From Macrostomum lignano (taxonomy: Eukaryota), in NCBI GenBank assembly GCA_002269645.1, contig NIVC01001488.1, positions 54,784-118,783 of the forward strand: 64,000 nucleotides of DNA. Reading direction: 5' to 3'. The notes below the pieces were generated by a model. It saw only the letters and a list, made by a program, of their open reading frames with translations, did not search any database and was not told the DNA's origin. This document shows positions 35,801 through 50,800 of this stretch, in pieces (the first letter of the stretch is position 1; each line of letters opens with the position of its first letter). The translations under genes were made by a program, and so were the position numbers.

Positions 35801-38800
35801 CTGTCAGTCTATGTCTATGGCACTCTGTCAGTCTATGTCTATGGCACTCTGTCAGTCTATGTCTATGGCACTCCATGTCAGTCTATGTCTATGGCACTCC
35901 ATGTCAGTCTATGTCTATGGCACTCCATGTCAGTCTATGTCTATGACACTCTGTCAGTCCGTCTATGGCACTCTATGTCAGTCTATGTCTATGGCACTCT
36001 GTCAGTCCGTCCATGGCACTCTATGTCAGTCTATGTCTATGGCACTCTGTCAGTCTATGTCTATGGCACTCCATGTCAGTCTATGTCTATGGCACTCTAT
36101 GTCAGTCTATGTCTATGGCACTCCATGTCAGTCTATGTCTATGGTAGTTTATGTCAGTCTATGTCTATGGCACTCCATGTCAGTCTATGTCTATGGCACT
36201 CCATGTCAGTCTATGTCTATGGCACTCCATGTCAGTCTATGTCTATGGCACTCCATGTCAGTCTATGTCTATGGCACTCCATGTCAGTCTATGTCTATGG
36301 CACTCCATGTCAGTCTATGTCTAAGGTACTCTGTCAGTCTATGTCTATGGCACTCCATGTCAGTATATGTCTATGGCACTCCATGTCAGTCTATGTTTAT
36401 GGCACTCCATGTCAGTCTATGTCTATGGCACTCTGTCAGTCTATGTCTATGGCACTCTGTCAGTCTATGTCTATGGCACTCTGTCAGTCTATGTCTAAGG
36501 TACTCTGTCAGTCTATGTCTAAGGTACTCTGTCAGTCTATGTCTATGGCACTCCATGTCAGTCTATGTCTATGGCACTCTATGTCAGTCTATGTCTATGG
36601 CACTCCATGTCAGTCTATGTCTATGGCACTCTATGTCAGTCTATGTCTATGGCACTCTGTCAGTCTATGTCTAAGGTACTCTGTCAGTCTATGTCTAAGG
36701 TACTCTGTCAGTCTATGTCTATGGCACTCCATGTCAGTCTATGTCTATGGCACTCCATGTCAGTCTATGTCTATGGCACTCCATGTCAGTCTATGTCTAT
36801 GGCACTCTATGTCAGTCTATGTCTATGGCACTCTATGTCAGTCTATGTCTATGGCACTCTATGTCAGTCTATGTCTATGGCACTCTATGTCAGTCTATGT
36901 CTATGGCACTCTATGTCAGTCTATGTCTATGGCACTCTATGTCAGTTTATGTCTATGGCACTCTATGTCAGTCTATGCCTATGGCAGTCAATGACAGCCA
37001 TATTATCCAATCGCAATACCTGCAGAGACTGCACTCGCTCCAGCAGCTGGTGATTCTGGTGCTTGGCCTCGTTCATAGCGGCGTGCGTGTTGTCAAGACG
37101 CTCCTGCAGAACCCGCCGATCATGCTCGGAGCTGGTGAGCGCCTTCTGCAGCTGGCCGACCCGCTCCTGCAGGCTGTCGATGGTGGCGGCCATGTCGGAC
37201 ACGGAGCCGTTGAGCTGCTGCACGCGGTCCTTCTGCTGGCTGCCGTCCTCTTCAGTCTTGGCCAGGGAGACGCTGAGCCGCTCGATGGTGAGCTGCAGCG
37301 ACTGCGCCTTGGACTCGAGGTCCGCAATCTGCTTGTTCAGGTTGTCCACGCGGTCGTGTAGCACCTGGAATTCAACAACAGGATAATTCAATTCAAACTA
37401 CGAATCATAGCCGGCAAAGGCGAATCTGATCAATCTGATTAGCGGCGCGATTCCCCAACCTGATTCTCGGCGTCCTTATCGCCCAAAGCGAGGCGCATTC
37501 TCTGCAGGTCGCCCTCGAGCGCGCGTTTGGTCAGCTCCAGCTGGGTGCAACGGTTCTCCACGTCGTCAAGGGAACGTTTCAGGTTCTTCTTGTCCTCCTC
37601 TTGACGGGCGTCGTGCTGCTTCATCTTGTTCAACTTCTCCTGAAAGGTGGAAGTGATTTTTAATAGTATATACATATTGCACTACTCATGACGTCATTGA
37701 TTAAGTCGGAAACAAGCATTAAATATCTTTGGCAAAAATCTTTATTGAACTACTTGTGATGTCATCTGTTCAGTAGTTACAAAGGGCATTGTAATACAAA
37801 AAGAATTTCGCCTTACCTGCAGCTGGCGCTTCTCGGTCTCCAGGCCGGAGATCTGACGCTCCAGGCCGGACATCTTGTCGCCAAGGGCCTTCTTCTCGCG
37901 CTCGTTGCGCCTGATGGTCTCCTCCTGGAGCATCAGCGCGGTCTGGGCGCTGGCCAGCCGGCCGTCAATGCCTTTCTTGTCCTCCTCGGTCTCGCATAGG
38001 TTCCGGTGCAGCTGCTGGGTTCGCTGCTCGTTGCGCTGGGCGGCCTCCTCCATCTCGGCGACGCGCTGCTCCAGCGAGCGGGCCGCGGCCAGGGCGTCGT
38101 CGCGCTCGCGCTCCGTGTTGACGAGCTGCTGGACGAAGTCGCGCAGAGCCAGACGGACAGCCTCCGGATCGATGTCGCAGGCGTTGGCAATGTCGCCGCG
38201 GGACGGCGAGCCGGAGCGGAATGGCGAGCGGCCGCGGGCGGCGGGAGAGCCGGAGCGCGGGATCGGCGAGCCGCGGCCCTCGGCGGTGGTGGCGAACGGC
38301 TGTGAGCCGTCGAAGCCTATTCAATGCCAAGTTGCAATTTCAATGGCATTATTTAAGTTGATCAATGCTACTGATAGTAGGTTGGGCAAACATTTTGCAA
38401 TCCATTTGTATTAACGCCGGCAAATTGTTAAAGTTAAAGTATTGCGCTAAAACCGACGGGGTCACAATAAGTATATTTCAAAGTTCCAAGGGTACTTTAT
38501 AGAAAATCAAATTTATCCAGCTGCATGCAAAAACCAGACCATATAAATCTGCATAAATTCGACATTCGACACGTCAAAAACACAAAAGCAACCTTGAATG
38601 CGATTTGCCCTACCCGCTTGGGGGAGCTGCTTGATGATAATGAAACATTATTGCCTACTATAAGTAAGCGAAGCGCGAATGCTTTGCTTTGACACTGACT
38701 AAGTAATATTGAACTTATTTTTTCAGTTTCTATATTGCAAGAATTCATTCATGCTCATGCTAGCGAACTGTCTGCAGCTGCCGTCTTGGAACTGTTGGAA

Positions 38801-41800
38801 TTAATAAGCTCATCATCAGTCTGGATAATCTGCGGCTACTCAGGCAGAGCCAGCAGCTCATAGTCAAGGCAGTCGCACAGTTGGCCGGCCCGTTCGGAGC
38901 GGCCGCCCGCTGCGAAGAGTGAAATTAGTTTTACTTGAAGCATTATAGTGTATACCGCTATAGTTATTAAAAACCTGTTAGAGTTAGACTACTTGTAGTA
39001 GGTGAAATGCGCGCAGCTGTAATAAATAAAATGCAAATAAATTTATTAGAAATACAAAAATTGCACCATAGCTTTACGAACTCACTGCAGCAGGTTGAGA
39101 CGGTTAGAGGCAGCTAGTTCTGGCCTAGAATTTGAGCAACTTTGAGCAACTAAAACTCTATTGTGCTGTTGCAGGCCATTTTTATTCAGCCACGAGAACG
39201 GAGAGAAAGAGATGGGCGGAGGCGGGGAGGGCAGTAGCGAGTTTACAATGGGCAGGCAGCCGCACAGCCTGAGGGCGAGGCCGATGCTCATCTAAGCGTG
39301 ACCAGCGCTGCTCTCACAGCTGTGTGCCATTCTCAATCAATGAGCAGTTCAAACAGCCCCATCTCCCTCCCCTCAGTCTACACTAGTAGCGCAGGGTTGT
39401 CATGACAACCAGAGCCCGAACTCGGACTGAAAGTGACAGAACGAAAAGCAGAGAGGGGGGTCAGAGACAGCGAAACTGAGAATGGCAGAGTAGAAGCCCC
39501 CCTAGCAGATGAAATGCGATATCTAAGCAGTTAATCTTGTTGTTAAATTATTAAATAAAGCGTTTACCCTTGTAAGCTACGTTAGCTTCGTTAAGGCTCA
39601 GAGACGAGCTGGTTAGTGTGCGCCTAACATAGCCGGGCCCGCCAGCTGCTGAGTATCTGTGCTGCTGCTGCTGCTGCTGCTGGGGGCTGTTAGCGTTGGA
39701 GCCCGGCCGAGACCGGTGCAGGTTAAGCAGGGAAGTCGGCTTGCGCAAGGCGTTAGGCGGCTGCTGCTGCTCGCCGGACCTACCCTTGGTGGGGCTGTTC
39801 GGCCGGCTGCGCCTGGCCGGGCTGGGCGACCGGCCGCGCATGGGGCTGGGCGAGCGCGGGTTGTCCTGCCGGAATCCGATGAGGCGGCGCATTGATGAGT
39901 GGATGCTGGCCAGCTTGTACTCCAGCTCCTTCTTCACCGAGTCAGTGCGGGCCAGAGTGGTCTCCAGGGCGTTGATGCGGCCTTCGGCTCCGCCCAGCGC
40001 CTGGCGGAGCTCGTTGTTCTCGGCGCTGGCGGCCTCCACACTGAGCTGCAGTTCGCTGCGGGCGTCATCGAGACGGCGGAGCTCCTTGCGGGCGTCCTCC
40101 ATGGCCAGGGCGAAGTCGCGCTGCTTGCTGCGCAGCTCCTCCTCGAGGTCGGCCTCGCGGCGCTTGGAGTTGCCGAGCTCCTTGCGGAGCGCCTCGCGGG
40201 AGGCCTCCGTCTCCACCACCTGCGGGGTTATTGGGTCATTGGGGACTGCTATGAGCCCTTCACTGGGTCATTGGGGACTGCTATGAGCCCTTTACTGGGT
40301 CATTGGGGACTGCTATGAGCCCTTCACTGGGTCATTGGGGATCATTATAAAAGGCTGCATGGGACTTAGCATATCTCTGCAGGCAGAAGTCATCAGGTTC
40401 CGTCATGACCAAGTTAATTAGTTGGACGATCTTTGGACGAAAGTTTTTCTAATCAATAAATTGCTTTCTAAAAAGCACTTTCTAATCATTCTTCCATCTG
40501 TCAATCTGTCATTTTATAAACAGCAAATGAAATTTATGGCTGTTGAAGTTTGGGGCTCAGCTGTCAGCGGTGAGAACTGATGCCAATAAATTATTAATAA
40601 CAGGCCCAACCCATCCTGAAGAGTCCATTGGAAAACTCAGAATGCCCTTAATTTGACTGATTGAGTGATTGATTGAACTGCCTGAGTGACTGGCTTGGAA
40701 GCTAAGAGGAACGGAAGAGGAGCCAGTGAGTCCTGGCTGGGCTCAAATTTCTAATTACGATTGAAAAAACTTCTTTTTCAGATGGTTTCGTCTCTTGAAC
40801 AGAAAATATGAATATCAATAATGAGAGTTAATGGGTAACTTGGGAGTCACTGGGTATCTTGAGAGTCACTGGGTATCTTGGGAGTCATTGGGTATCGTGA
40901 GAGTCACTGGGTATCTTGAGAGTCACTGGGTATCTTGGGAGTCACTGGGTACCTGGGAGTCACTGGGTATCTGGGAGTCACTGGGTATCTTGAGAGTCAC
41001 TGGGTATCGTGAGAGTCACTGGGTAACTTGGGAGTCTCTGGGTATCTTGAGAGTCACTGGGTATCTGGGAGTCACTGGGTATCTTGCGAGACTGGGTATA
41101 GGGAGTCACTGGGTATCTTGCGAGACTGGGTATCTGGGAGTCACTGGGTATCTTGCGAGACTGGGTATCTGGGAGTCACTGGATATCTTGCGAGACTGGG
41201 TATCTGGGAGTCACTGGGTATCTTGCGAGACTGGGTATCTGGGAGTCACTGGGTATCTTGAGAGTCACTGGGTATCTTGGGAGTCATTGGGTATCGTGAG
41301 AGTCACTGGGTATCTTGAGAGTCACTGGGTATCTTGGGAGTCACTGGGTACCTGGGAGTCACTGGGTATCTGGGAGTCACTGGGTATCTTGAGAGTCACT
41401 GGGTATCGTGAGAGTCACTGGGTAACTTGGGAGTCTCTGGGTATCTTGAGAGTCACTGGGTATCTGGGAGTCACTGGGTATCTTGCGAGACTGGGTATAG
41501 GGAGTCACTGGGTATCTTGCGAGACTGGGTATCTGGGAGTCACTGGGTATCTTGCGAGACTGGGTATCTGGGAGTCACTGGATATCTTGCGAGACTGGGT
41601 ATCTGGGAGTCACTGGGTATCTTGCGAGACTGGGTATCTGGGAGTCACTGGGTATCTTGACAGTCACTGGGTATCTTGAGAGTCACTGGGTATCTGGGAG
41701 TCACTGGGTATCTTGAGAGTCACTGGGTATCTGGGAGTCACTGGGTATCTTGCTTAACTGGATATCGGAATCACTGGATGTCCTAAGTGTCTTTGGGTAT

Positions 41801-44800
41801 TTGAGCTGATAAAACTCATCAAAGAATTATGAAGTCCCAGACTCTGTCCCTCATCGCTCACCTTCTGCTTGAGTCCGAAGTTCTCCCGGCGGTTCTCCTC
41901 GTCCTTCTCCTCGTCGTGGGCCACCCGGGACTGCAGGTCGCAGACCTCCTTGCACAGCTTGCCCCGCTCAGTGTCCAGCATCTTCACCTGGCGACGGAGC
42001 TCCTGCAGCTCGCGCTTGGCCTCCACCCGGGCCTTCTCGACCTCGCGCAGGTTGCCGCGAAGGTCGGCGACCTCCTTGCCGAGGGCGGCCTTCTGCTCCT
42101 CAAGCACGCCGATGCGCTGCTTCTGCTCGGCGATAGACCGGTCGCGCTCGATGCGCTCGGCCTCCATCTCCTTGATCTGGGCGGGGACAGGGGTGCGGAC
42201 TGGGCTGGTCTGACCGGTTCTCACTGCCTGTCTGACCGGTTCCCACTGCCTGTCTGACCGGTTCTCACTGCCTGTCTGACCGGTTCCCACTGCCTGTCTG
42301 ACCGGTTCCCACTGCCTGTCTGACCGGTTCTCACTGCCTGTCTGACCGGTTCTCACTGCCTGGCTGACCGGTTCTCACTGCCTGTCTGACCGGTTCTCAC
42401 TGCCTGTCTGACCGGCTCTCACTGTCTCCTTCACTGGTTCTCACTACCTGTCCCAGCCTTGGCCACCAGACCTCTCACCTTTTTCCTCAGCTCCTCGTTG
42501 CTCTTCTCCACGGCTTCCCGGGCGCGGCCCTCCTCGGCCAGCTGGCGTTTGAGCTCGAAAATCTCGCGCTTCTGGGCGTCCAGCGCCTCCTCCTGCTCGC
42601 GGATCCGGCGATTGGCGTCGATGAGCTCGCGGCGCAGGTTGTCCCTGGCGTCCTCGGCCATGCGCAGCTGCACCTTCAGCTCCGCCACCTCGCGGCAGGC
42701 GGCCTCGCGCTGCTGAGTGAGCTCGTTAATCTGCTCATTCAGCTTGCGCACCTCGGCCTCGTGCTCCTCCACTGTCTGCTCGAACTGGTCGCGGAATTTC
42801 TTCAGCTCGCCGTTCAAACTGTTGATGGTCTCCTTGTCCTGCTGCTGCTTGGCGGCCGCCTCGCGCCGGGCGCGGTCCAGCTCAGAGGCGACGGTCTGGG
42901 GGAGAGAGGGACGAGCGAACGGGGATCGGGTGACGTGGTAGCGGGGGGAGGAGCTTTCTTAGAATGCCGACCAGCCAATCGGATGCAGGTGGGAGGGTCA
43001 CGTGACTAATTAATCGATTAATTAATTGATTAACAGGCAAGACCAGCGGTCCTGCGCAGCAATTCCAAACGCAGTCACATGCCATTAATTTGGGGCTAAA
43101 TTGGAATCTCGGCTTGGACCAACCGCCCCCCCCCCCAAAGCACAGTGAATTTTACATGACTAAATATAAATAAAGTTAGGGTCACTGTACACTCCTGTGT
43201 GAGTGCGTGCCTGTGCTTGTGTGCCTGCTCAGGGGAGTCCCCGGTTGTGTGACAATGTCGCCTAAAGTGCCCCAGGCTTCAATAAGAAAACAAGCCATAA
43301 GCATAGATAGAGATTCACGCCTAGCAACTAAGAGATCAAGTGACTAAACTCGCACCTGCAGCTCGGCGTGCGTGTTGCCCAGCCGCTCCAGAATGGTGGA
43401 CTTCTCCTGCTCCACAATGCTCAGCGCCTGCTGCTTGTCATTCTCGGCCAGCATGAGGCTCTCGTCCCGCTCGCGCTGGCAGGCGGCGATCTCAGTGTGC
43501 AGCTGCTCGCGTTCGCGCTCGAACGAGCTGACCATCTCCTCGCGCTCCATGTTGTTCTGGTGGATCATCTCCTGGCGCTGGTTCTCGTATTCGGCGCGCT
43601 GGTTGTCCTGCGGGACAGATGGGATGGAGAGGGGGATGTTACCGGACTTCCTGACAGCTTTGAGAATAGCCTCTGAGTAGAATAAGTCATGAGATTCTCT
43701 CAGAGTCACTGAGCACAGTCACGTGACGCTCTCAGAGTCATCGAGAAGAAAAAAGTCACGTGACGCTCTCAGAGTCATCGAGAAGAGTCACGTGATGCTC
43801 TCAGAGTTATCAAGAAGAGTCACGTGACGCTCCCAGAGTCATCGAGAAGAGTCACGTGATGCTCTCAGAGTTATCAAGAAGAGTCACGTGATGCTCTCAG
43901 AGTCATCAAGAAGAAAAGAGTCACGTGACGCTCTCAGAGTCAGGGGGCCCGTTCTATAAAGCCATCGTAAGATAAGATCGTTCTTAGCTTCTATCTCCGC
44001 AGTATAAAAGTTCCGACGTACGTTCGAACTTCACTACGACAGCTTTATAGTACGACCCCAAAGAGAAGAAGAGAGTCACGTGACGCTCCCAGAGTCATCG
44101 AGAAGAAAAGAGTCACGTGACGCTCTCAGAGAGTTACTGAACGGATGATAATGAGTTAAAGCATCACAAGAAATCCAGAAATTTGCTCACCTTCTCCTTG
44201 GTCAGCCTCTCCAGATCGTCCTCATGAGACTGCTGCTCCTGAGCCAGGGCGTGCTTCAGGTCGCGCTCCATCTGCTGCATCTTCTGCTGCAGATTCTCGC
44301 GCTGTCTGGTGAGCTTGTCGCATTCGACCTCGAACTCCTTGGTGATGCGGCTGATCTCGGCTGCAGCAGTGAGGGTTTGAGATATTCGAGCTGAGAGTTG
44401 ACAGAACAGATTTATTAAAAAAAGAGATGCAGTCTGTTTGGCAGGCCTCAGCAATGATAAGCTACAGCAAACAGCGACTGAGTGGCTATTGGCCATGCAG
44501 CTTACCATTGAGATTCTCCTTCTTGATGATGAGCTCCTGGTTCTCGCCCTCCAGCTGGCCTTTGCGAGTCTCCAGCTGGACGATCAGCTCCTGGGCCTCG
44601 TGCAGCGCGTCCTCGAGCTGGTCCTTGTCGGCCCGCAGCCCGGAGGCCAGCTCGCCAAGGCGGCGAATCTCCCGCTCGCAGGCGGTGAGCTGCACAACGA
44701 GCTCGCCCTTCTCCTTGGTGAGGTCCTCCTTCTCCTTGGCAACTCGGAGGACGGTGTTGGACGCCCGCTCAGTCTCCCGGCGCGAGGCCAGCAGCTCCTC

Positions 44801-47800
44801 GGCCAGGGCTCGCTTCTGCCTGCCGATGGCGTTCAGCTGCTCGGCAAGCTCCAGCCGCTCCCGGTTGATTGACTGCAGCTCGTCTTCCAGCTTCTCGCGC
44901 GACATCTCGCTGAGCTCGAGTGTCTGATATAGGCCGGCCTTCTCGTTGTCCAGCTCCATCTTCTCCTGCTCACAGCGGAGCAGCTCCTCGCGGATGCCGT
45001 ACTTCTCCTGCTCGAGGGCCTGCTTCTCCCCTGACAGCTGCGCCTTCTCGTTCTCGTACATCATGAGGATCTTGTTCAGCTCCACCTTGTCGTGCCCAAG
45101 GCCCTCGTTCAGCGACTGCATCTTTAGCAGGGCGTCCCGTAGGGCAGCCTCCTCGCTCTTCATCTTGTTGAGCTCGAGCTCCAACTCGGCCTTGGCCAGC
45201 TCGCTGCGGGACAGCGCGTCGGAGACTTCGGCCTTTTCCTGGTCCAGCACCTCCTTCTCCAGACAGGCCCGGTTGAGGTTCTCCTTGGTCTGCACCAGGT
45301 CGGACTTCAGGTTGCTCAGCTTCTCCTCCAGCTGGTCGATGCAGCGCTGGCACCGCTCGTTCTCCTTCACCTGCCTGTCCAGGTCCTTCTTCTGGTCGGC
45401 CTTCTGATCTTCGAGGCAGTCGCGGCAGCGCTGCAGCTCGCTGTTGGCCTGCTGCAGCCGGTCCAGGTCCGCGTGCAGCGACTCGATCTGCTCGTTCAGG
45501 GCCGAGCGGACCTGCGGGACAAGCCGGGTTTCGATACATATCGGCTGAACTTTGTCGCTTATCTACTTCTCTCACACTTTTATCTCCTATCTCATCTTTA
45601 TCTACTCCTCTCACACTTGTCTACTTCTATAGCATCTTTATCTACTTCTCTATCACACTTATCGACTTCTCTCTTATCTTTATCTACTTCTCCCTCACAT
45701 CTACATACTTATATCTCTCTCCTCTATATACTTCTCTCACACTTATCTACTTCTCTCTCTCATTTATCGACCTTTCTCTCACCTTTATCCACTTCTCTCT
45801 CAACCATATCTACTTCTCTACCTAACCCCTATATCCTTCGCATTGACTGCATTCTACCTTCTATTCATAGTCTATCTACTTCTACCTTAAACCGAAATCT
45901 CACTCCTATTTACTTTATATTTCTCACTGCTATCTACTTTCGTTCATCTGTATCTCAGCTAGTTTAAGCTTCATCATTCAGTCTTGCCCCATGCCTCCAG
46001 AATCCCAGTCTGCCCCTTAAATCTCCTCTCCCTGGCCGCACCTTCTCCAGTTGGCTCCTCTCCTGCTCGCGGGCGGTCAAGGCGGACTTCAGCCGTTCGT
46101 AGTCGCGGCCGCTATCGGTCTGCGCCCTCTGCACTGTGTCCAGCTCCTCGCGCAGGCCCAGCACCTGGTGCTCCAGTCGTCGGCGCTCGTTCTCAGACTC
46201 GTCCAGCTGTCGGCGTATGTTGTCCCCGGCGTCCTTGGCGCTGGCCAGCTTGCCGCGCAGCTCCTGCACCTGCAGACACATCGGAGCGGCATGGGGGTTG
46301 GCAGTGATGCAATGCCGGACTAGGAGACCAGTCGCCAATGGGAAACGGGACACCGTGAGACGCGAGGTGTAAATAAGGATAGGTATAAAATATGGCGGCG
46401 CCAATGGGAAAATGGGGCGCCGATGGGGAAATCATGGGGCGCCAATGGGAAAATGGGGCGCCGATGGGGAAATCATGGGGCGCCAATGGGAAAATCATGG
46501 GGGCGCCAATGGGAAAATCATGGGGGCGCCAATGGGAAAATCATGGGGCGCCAATTGGAAAATCATGGGGCGCCAATTGGAAAATCATGGGGGCGCCAAT
46601 GGGAAATTCATGGGGCGCCAATTGGAAAATCATGAAGGCGCCAATGGGAAAATGGGGCGCCGATGGGGAAATCATGGGGCGCCAATGGGAAAATCATGGG
46701 GGCGCCAATGGGAAAATCATGGGGGCGCCAATGGGAAATTCATGGGGACGCCAATGGGAAAAATCATGGGGGCGCCAATGGGAAAATCATGGGGGCGCCA
46801 ATGGGAAATTCATGGGGCGCCAATTGGAAAATCATGAAGGCGCCAATGGGAAAAATCATGGGGGCGCCAATGGGAAAATCATGGGGGCGCCAATTGGAAA
46901 ATCATGGGGCGCCAATTGGAAAATCATGAAGGCGCCAATGGGAAAATCATGGGGGCGCCAATGGGAAAATCATGGGGGCGCCAATTGGAAAATCATGGAG
47001 GCGCCAAAGGAGCACCGGTGCACAGCGGCCTTCATCAACTCAGCGTGAAAGTCCCCAGGCGCCTACCTGCAAGGCCCTCTTGTTCAGCGCGGCCTGTACG
47101 GCGCTGTAGGTGGAGTCAGCGAACGCAGGAGACCGCGAGCGCTGCCGACCGGCCGGCGAGCGACCGCCGCGACCGACCGGCGACACGGAGCGACCCCGAC
47201 CGGCGTCCGAGAAGTCGCGGTACCCGTCGGCGTCGCTGATGACGGCCTGGGCAATGTCGCGCAGGCTCTGGTGCATGGCCTCGGTCTCCTCGATTAGCGC
47301 GCGTGTGGCCGCGTCGTCAGCACCCTGGGAGTTTGAGTCCGAGAGGAATAAATTAGATATTGATCTCATTGATCTCAAATAATCTCACCTCATAGATTAG
47401 ACTTACACGTAAATCCCAAATAATCTCACCCATTAGATTTGATATTGATCTCAAATAATCTCACCCATGAGATTTGCTATTGATCTCAAATAATCTCACC
47501 CATGAGATTTGATATTGATGTCAAATAATCTCACCCATTAGATTTGATATTGATATCAAATAATCTCACCTATGAGATTTGATATTGATCTCAAATAATC
47601 CCACCCATGAGATTTGATATTGATATCAAATGATCCCACCAATGAGATTTGATATTAATCTAAAATAATCTCACCCATTAGATTAGATATCGATGCTAAA
47701 ATAAACTAACCGCATAAACAATCTCCTACACTGACAAATCTCAAGCATCCGCATACTCAGACTCAGGAGATCGCAGCAGACCTCAAGCCTGAGAGAAACT

Positions 47801-50800
47801 CACCGGTGGCTCGGCAGATTGCGAGCGACTTGCGCTGCCGCCGCCGCCGCCGCCGCCGCTGCTGCGCAGCCGCTGCAGGTGGGACAGGGTTCGATCCTTC
47901 TCGGCCAACTGGAATTTCAGCTTCTCGTTCTGCACCGACAGCTCGTTGACCCGGCCGCTCAGGTCGGCCTGATGCGCCTCGAACTTGGCCTGCAGGTCCT
48001 GCAGCTCCCGGGTTCGTTCGCGGAGCGCCGATTCCAGATTGGCGCGCCCGGAGCGCTCCTGATCCAGCGCCACGGCGCCCTGCGTCTCGGCCGATTTCAG
48101 GTTGGCATTGAGATTCTGGCAGGCCGCGTGGACGCCGCGGGACTGGCGGGTCATCTCGTTCTTGAAGTTGTTCAAGTCGCGCTCGTTGGCGGTCTTCAGC
48201 TCGTTGAACTGGCGCCGGAAGCTCACCAGGTTGCGCCACAGCGACAGCAGGCGGTTGTGCTCGGACGAGAAGTACTCGGAGAAGCTGGCCTCCTCATCGC
48301 GCCATTCGGACTCGCGGCGCTCGAGGTCGGACCGGGTGCGCTGGAAGTCCTCGCTGAGCCGCTTCATGTCCTCCGTGAGCGACTGGTTCACCTGGGTGGC
48401 CTGGTCCAGCTGCTCCCGCAGCATCGCGTTCACGTGGGCCAGGGAGGCCGATCTGGGCGGGGCGTTCGGGTCGGTGGTAGACAAGGACTCGAATGCTAAG
48501 GACGTTGCTAAGCATCCTATAAACTTTTATGAACTGAACTCGGGTTTATTCACATATCTCAGCCTTGATTCACATATCTCAATCTTGATTCACATATCTC
48601 AGCCTTGATTCACATATCTCAATATTGATTCACATATCTCAGCCTTGATTCACATACTTCAGCCTTGATTCACATATCTCAATCATGATTCGCATATCTC
48701 AGCCTTGATTCACATATCTCAGCCTTGATTCACATATCTCAATCTTGATTCACATATCTCAATCTTGATTCACATATCTCAGCCTTGATTCACATATCTC
48801 AGCCTTGATTCACATATCTCAGCCTTGATTCACATATTTCAGCCTTGATTCACATATCTCAGCCTTGATTGACGTCTCTCAGCCTTTATTCACAAATCTC
48901 AGTCTTGATTAACATGTTTCAGTCTTGATTCACATATCTCATAATTGATTTATGTCTCTCGGCCTCGATTCACAAATCTCACTCTTGATTCACGCCTCGC
49001 AGCCTTGATTCGCATATCTCGGCTTTGATTCACGTCTGGCAGCCTTCATTCACGCCTCATACTCTTGATTCACGCCTGTCAGTACGTGACTTAACCTATT
49101 ACTCCCGTTCTCATACTATTACTACCCTATATTCGTTCACAAGTCCAAACGTTGATTGACATTCACACCCATATTCTTCTTCTTTCGATTTTTCCCACTT
49201 GATTCCCATTCCGTTTAAATGCCCATTTCTCAGCCATGATTCACAACCACTTTGTTCGTGTACAAAATCTGTCACTACCGATTCACAATCAAATATTCTA
49301 CGTTCACAAGTGCGCTCATGGGTGGCTTGAGCACAGAGCGAAACAAGCACAAGAAGGCAAAACACCGCCCTACTCAGCAGGGTTGAAGCCTCATACAAGA
49401 GAGCGGGGCAGGCAGGCAGTGGAGGGTAAAGATGCGCTGCACTACTCTCACAAACTCTCTCATAAACATTTCTGATGTTTTTACAACTGCGCCTTGCCTC
49501 TCTGCCTCCCCAGCCTTACAAAACATTCTTGATGAAAAAAATTGAGCGGGCAAACTCCCCACCTCATGCTGCCTCACTGCATTCCATCTTGTTTTATGAG
49601 CACGGGACAGGGCAGTGGGTAGTAGGGAGAGCGCCGGGTGTACAAATGGAAACAATTGATAATACACATTGCTAACTGAAACTTTTTATGGCGACTCATC
49701 GGTGGTACGGGGAGCGAGTGAGTGGGATAAACTAGGGGGATGATAGAGGGCGAGTTGGTTGCCGCGTTGGGTGGGACATGGCTGAGTAATAAGATCGGTT
49801 ATGGGCAGGAATGGCATATCAAGTGGTGCTAAAAAGAGACAAACAGAAGTTTAGAGTGCCGAAATAAAAAGGAAGATGGAATGCAAAAAAGATGGGGGTG
49901 GGGGGACGGAGCAGATGATGGATAGAGCGGAAGAGATGGGGAGTAGAACGGAAAAGATAATGGTAGGGGCGGAAGTGATGAGGGTAGGGGCGAAAGTGAT
50001 GAGGGTAGGAGCGGAAGAGATGAGGGTAGGGGCGGAAGAGATGAAGTAGCGGCGGAAGAGATAAGGGAGGGGCGGAAGTGACGAGGGTGAGGGCGGAAGT
50101 GATGAGGGTGGGGGCGGAAGTGATGAGGGTGGGGCAGAAGTGATGAGGGTGGGGGCGGAAGTGACGAGGGTGGGGCAGAAGTGATGAGGGTGGGGGCGGA
50201 AGTGATGAGGGTGGGGGCGGAAGTGATGAGGATGGGGCAGAAGTGACGAGGGTGGGGCAGAAGTGATGAGGGTGGGGCGGAAAAGGCGAGAAAGAGAGCG
50301 GAAGAGATGAGGGTGGCGGCGAAAGAGATGAGGAATAGAGCGGAAGAGATGAGGGTGGGGCGGATGAGAGGAGGGTGGGGGCAAAAGAGAGGAGGGTAGA
50401 TGCGGAAGAGAGGAGGGTGGGGGCGGAAGAGAGGAGGGTGGGGCGGAAGAGATGAGGGTGGGGGCAGAGCAGATGACGGATAGAGCGGAAGAGATAAGGA
50501 ATGGCGGTGCGTGGATGCCAGAGTTCAGTGCAGAGACACTCAGTGAAGGGCAACGAGAAGCAAGCTTATAAAAGCTGGTGGAAAAGGGCGAGGATTTGCT
50601 CCGAAGAGCAGACATCGTGCTCAAAGCTGCTCCCAAAATTTCTCCCTAGGCGGCACTTGAATCCCCCCTGGAGGACAGCAGCAACTGGCTGCAGACTAGA
50701 ATAACAATGAGAAGAAACACGCAGTACCGGCACAGTCCCAGGAATTGGGGGAAATTAATAATTCTTCAGCAGAATGCCGGTGTCAACCACCCGCAATTTC

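Noticed and set aside
35437-37053. Long ORFs of up to 501 aa (SMSMALCQ / VYVYGTL repeats)
   Set aside because: These translate a 24/26-bp minisatellite lying in a rootletin intron on the opposite strand.
37875-48608. Numerous + strand ORFs overlapping rootletin exons
   Set aside because: Antisense shadows of GC-rich coiled-coil codons.
49111-49398. 95-aa ORF resembling a signal peptide plus Cys-rich secreted peptide
   Set aside because: It starts at TTG, and its Cys-Glu pairs come from degenerate TGTGAA copies of the adjacent 20-bp array.
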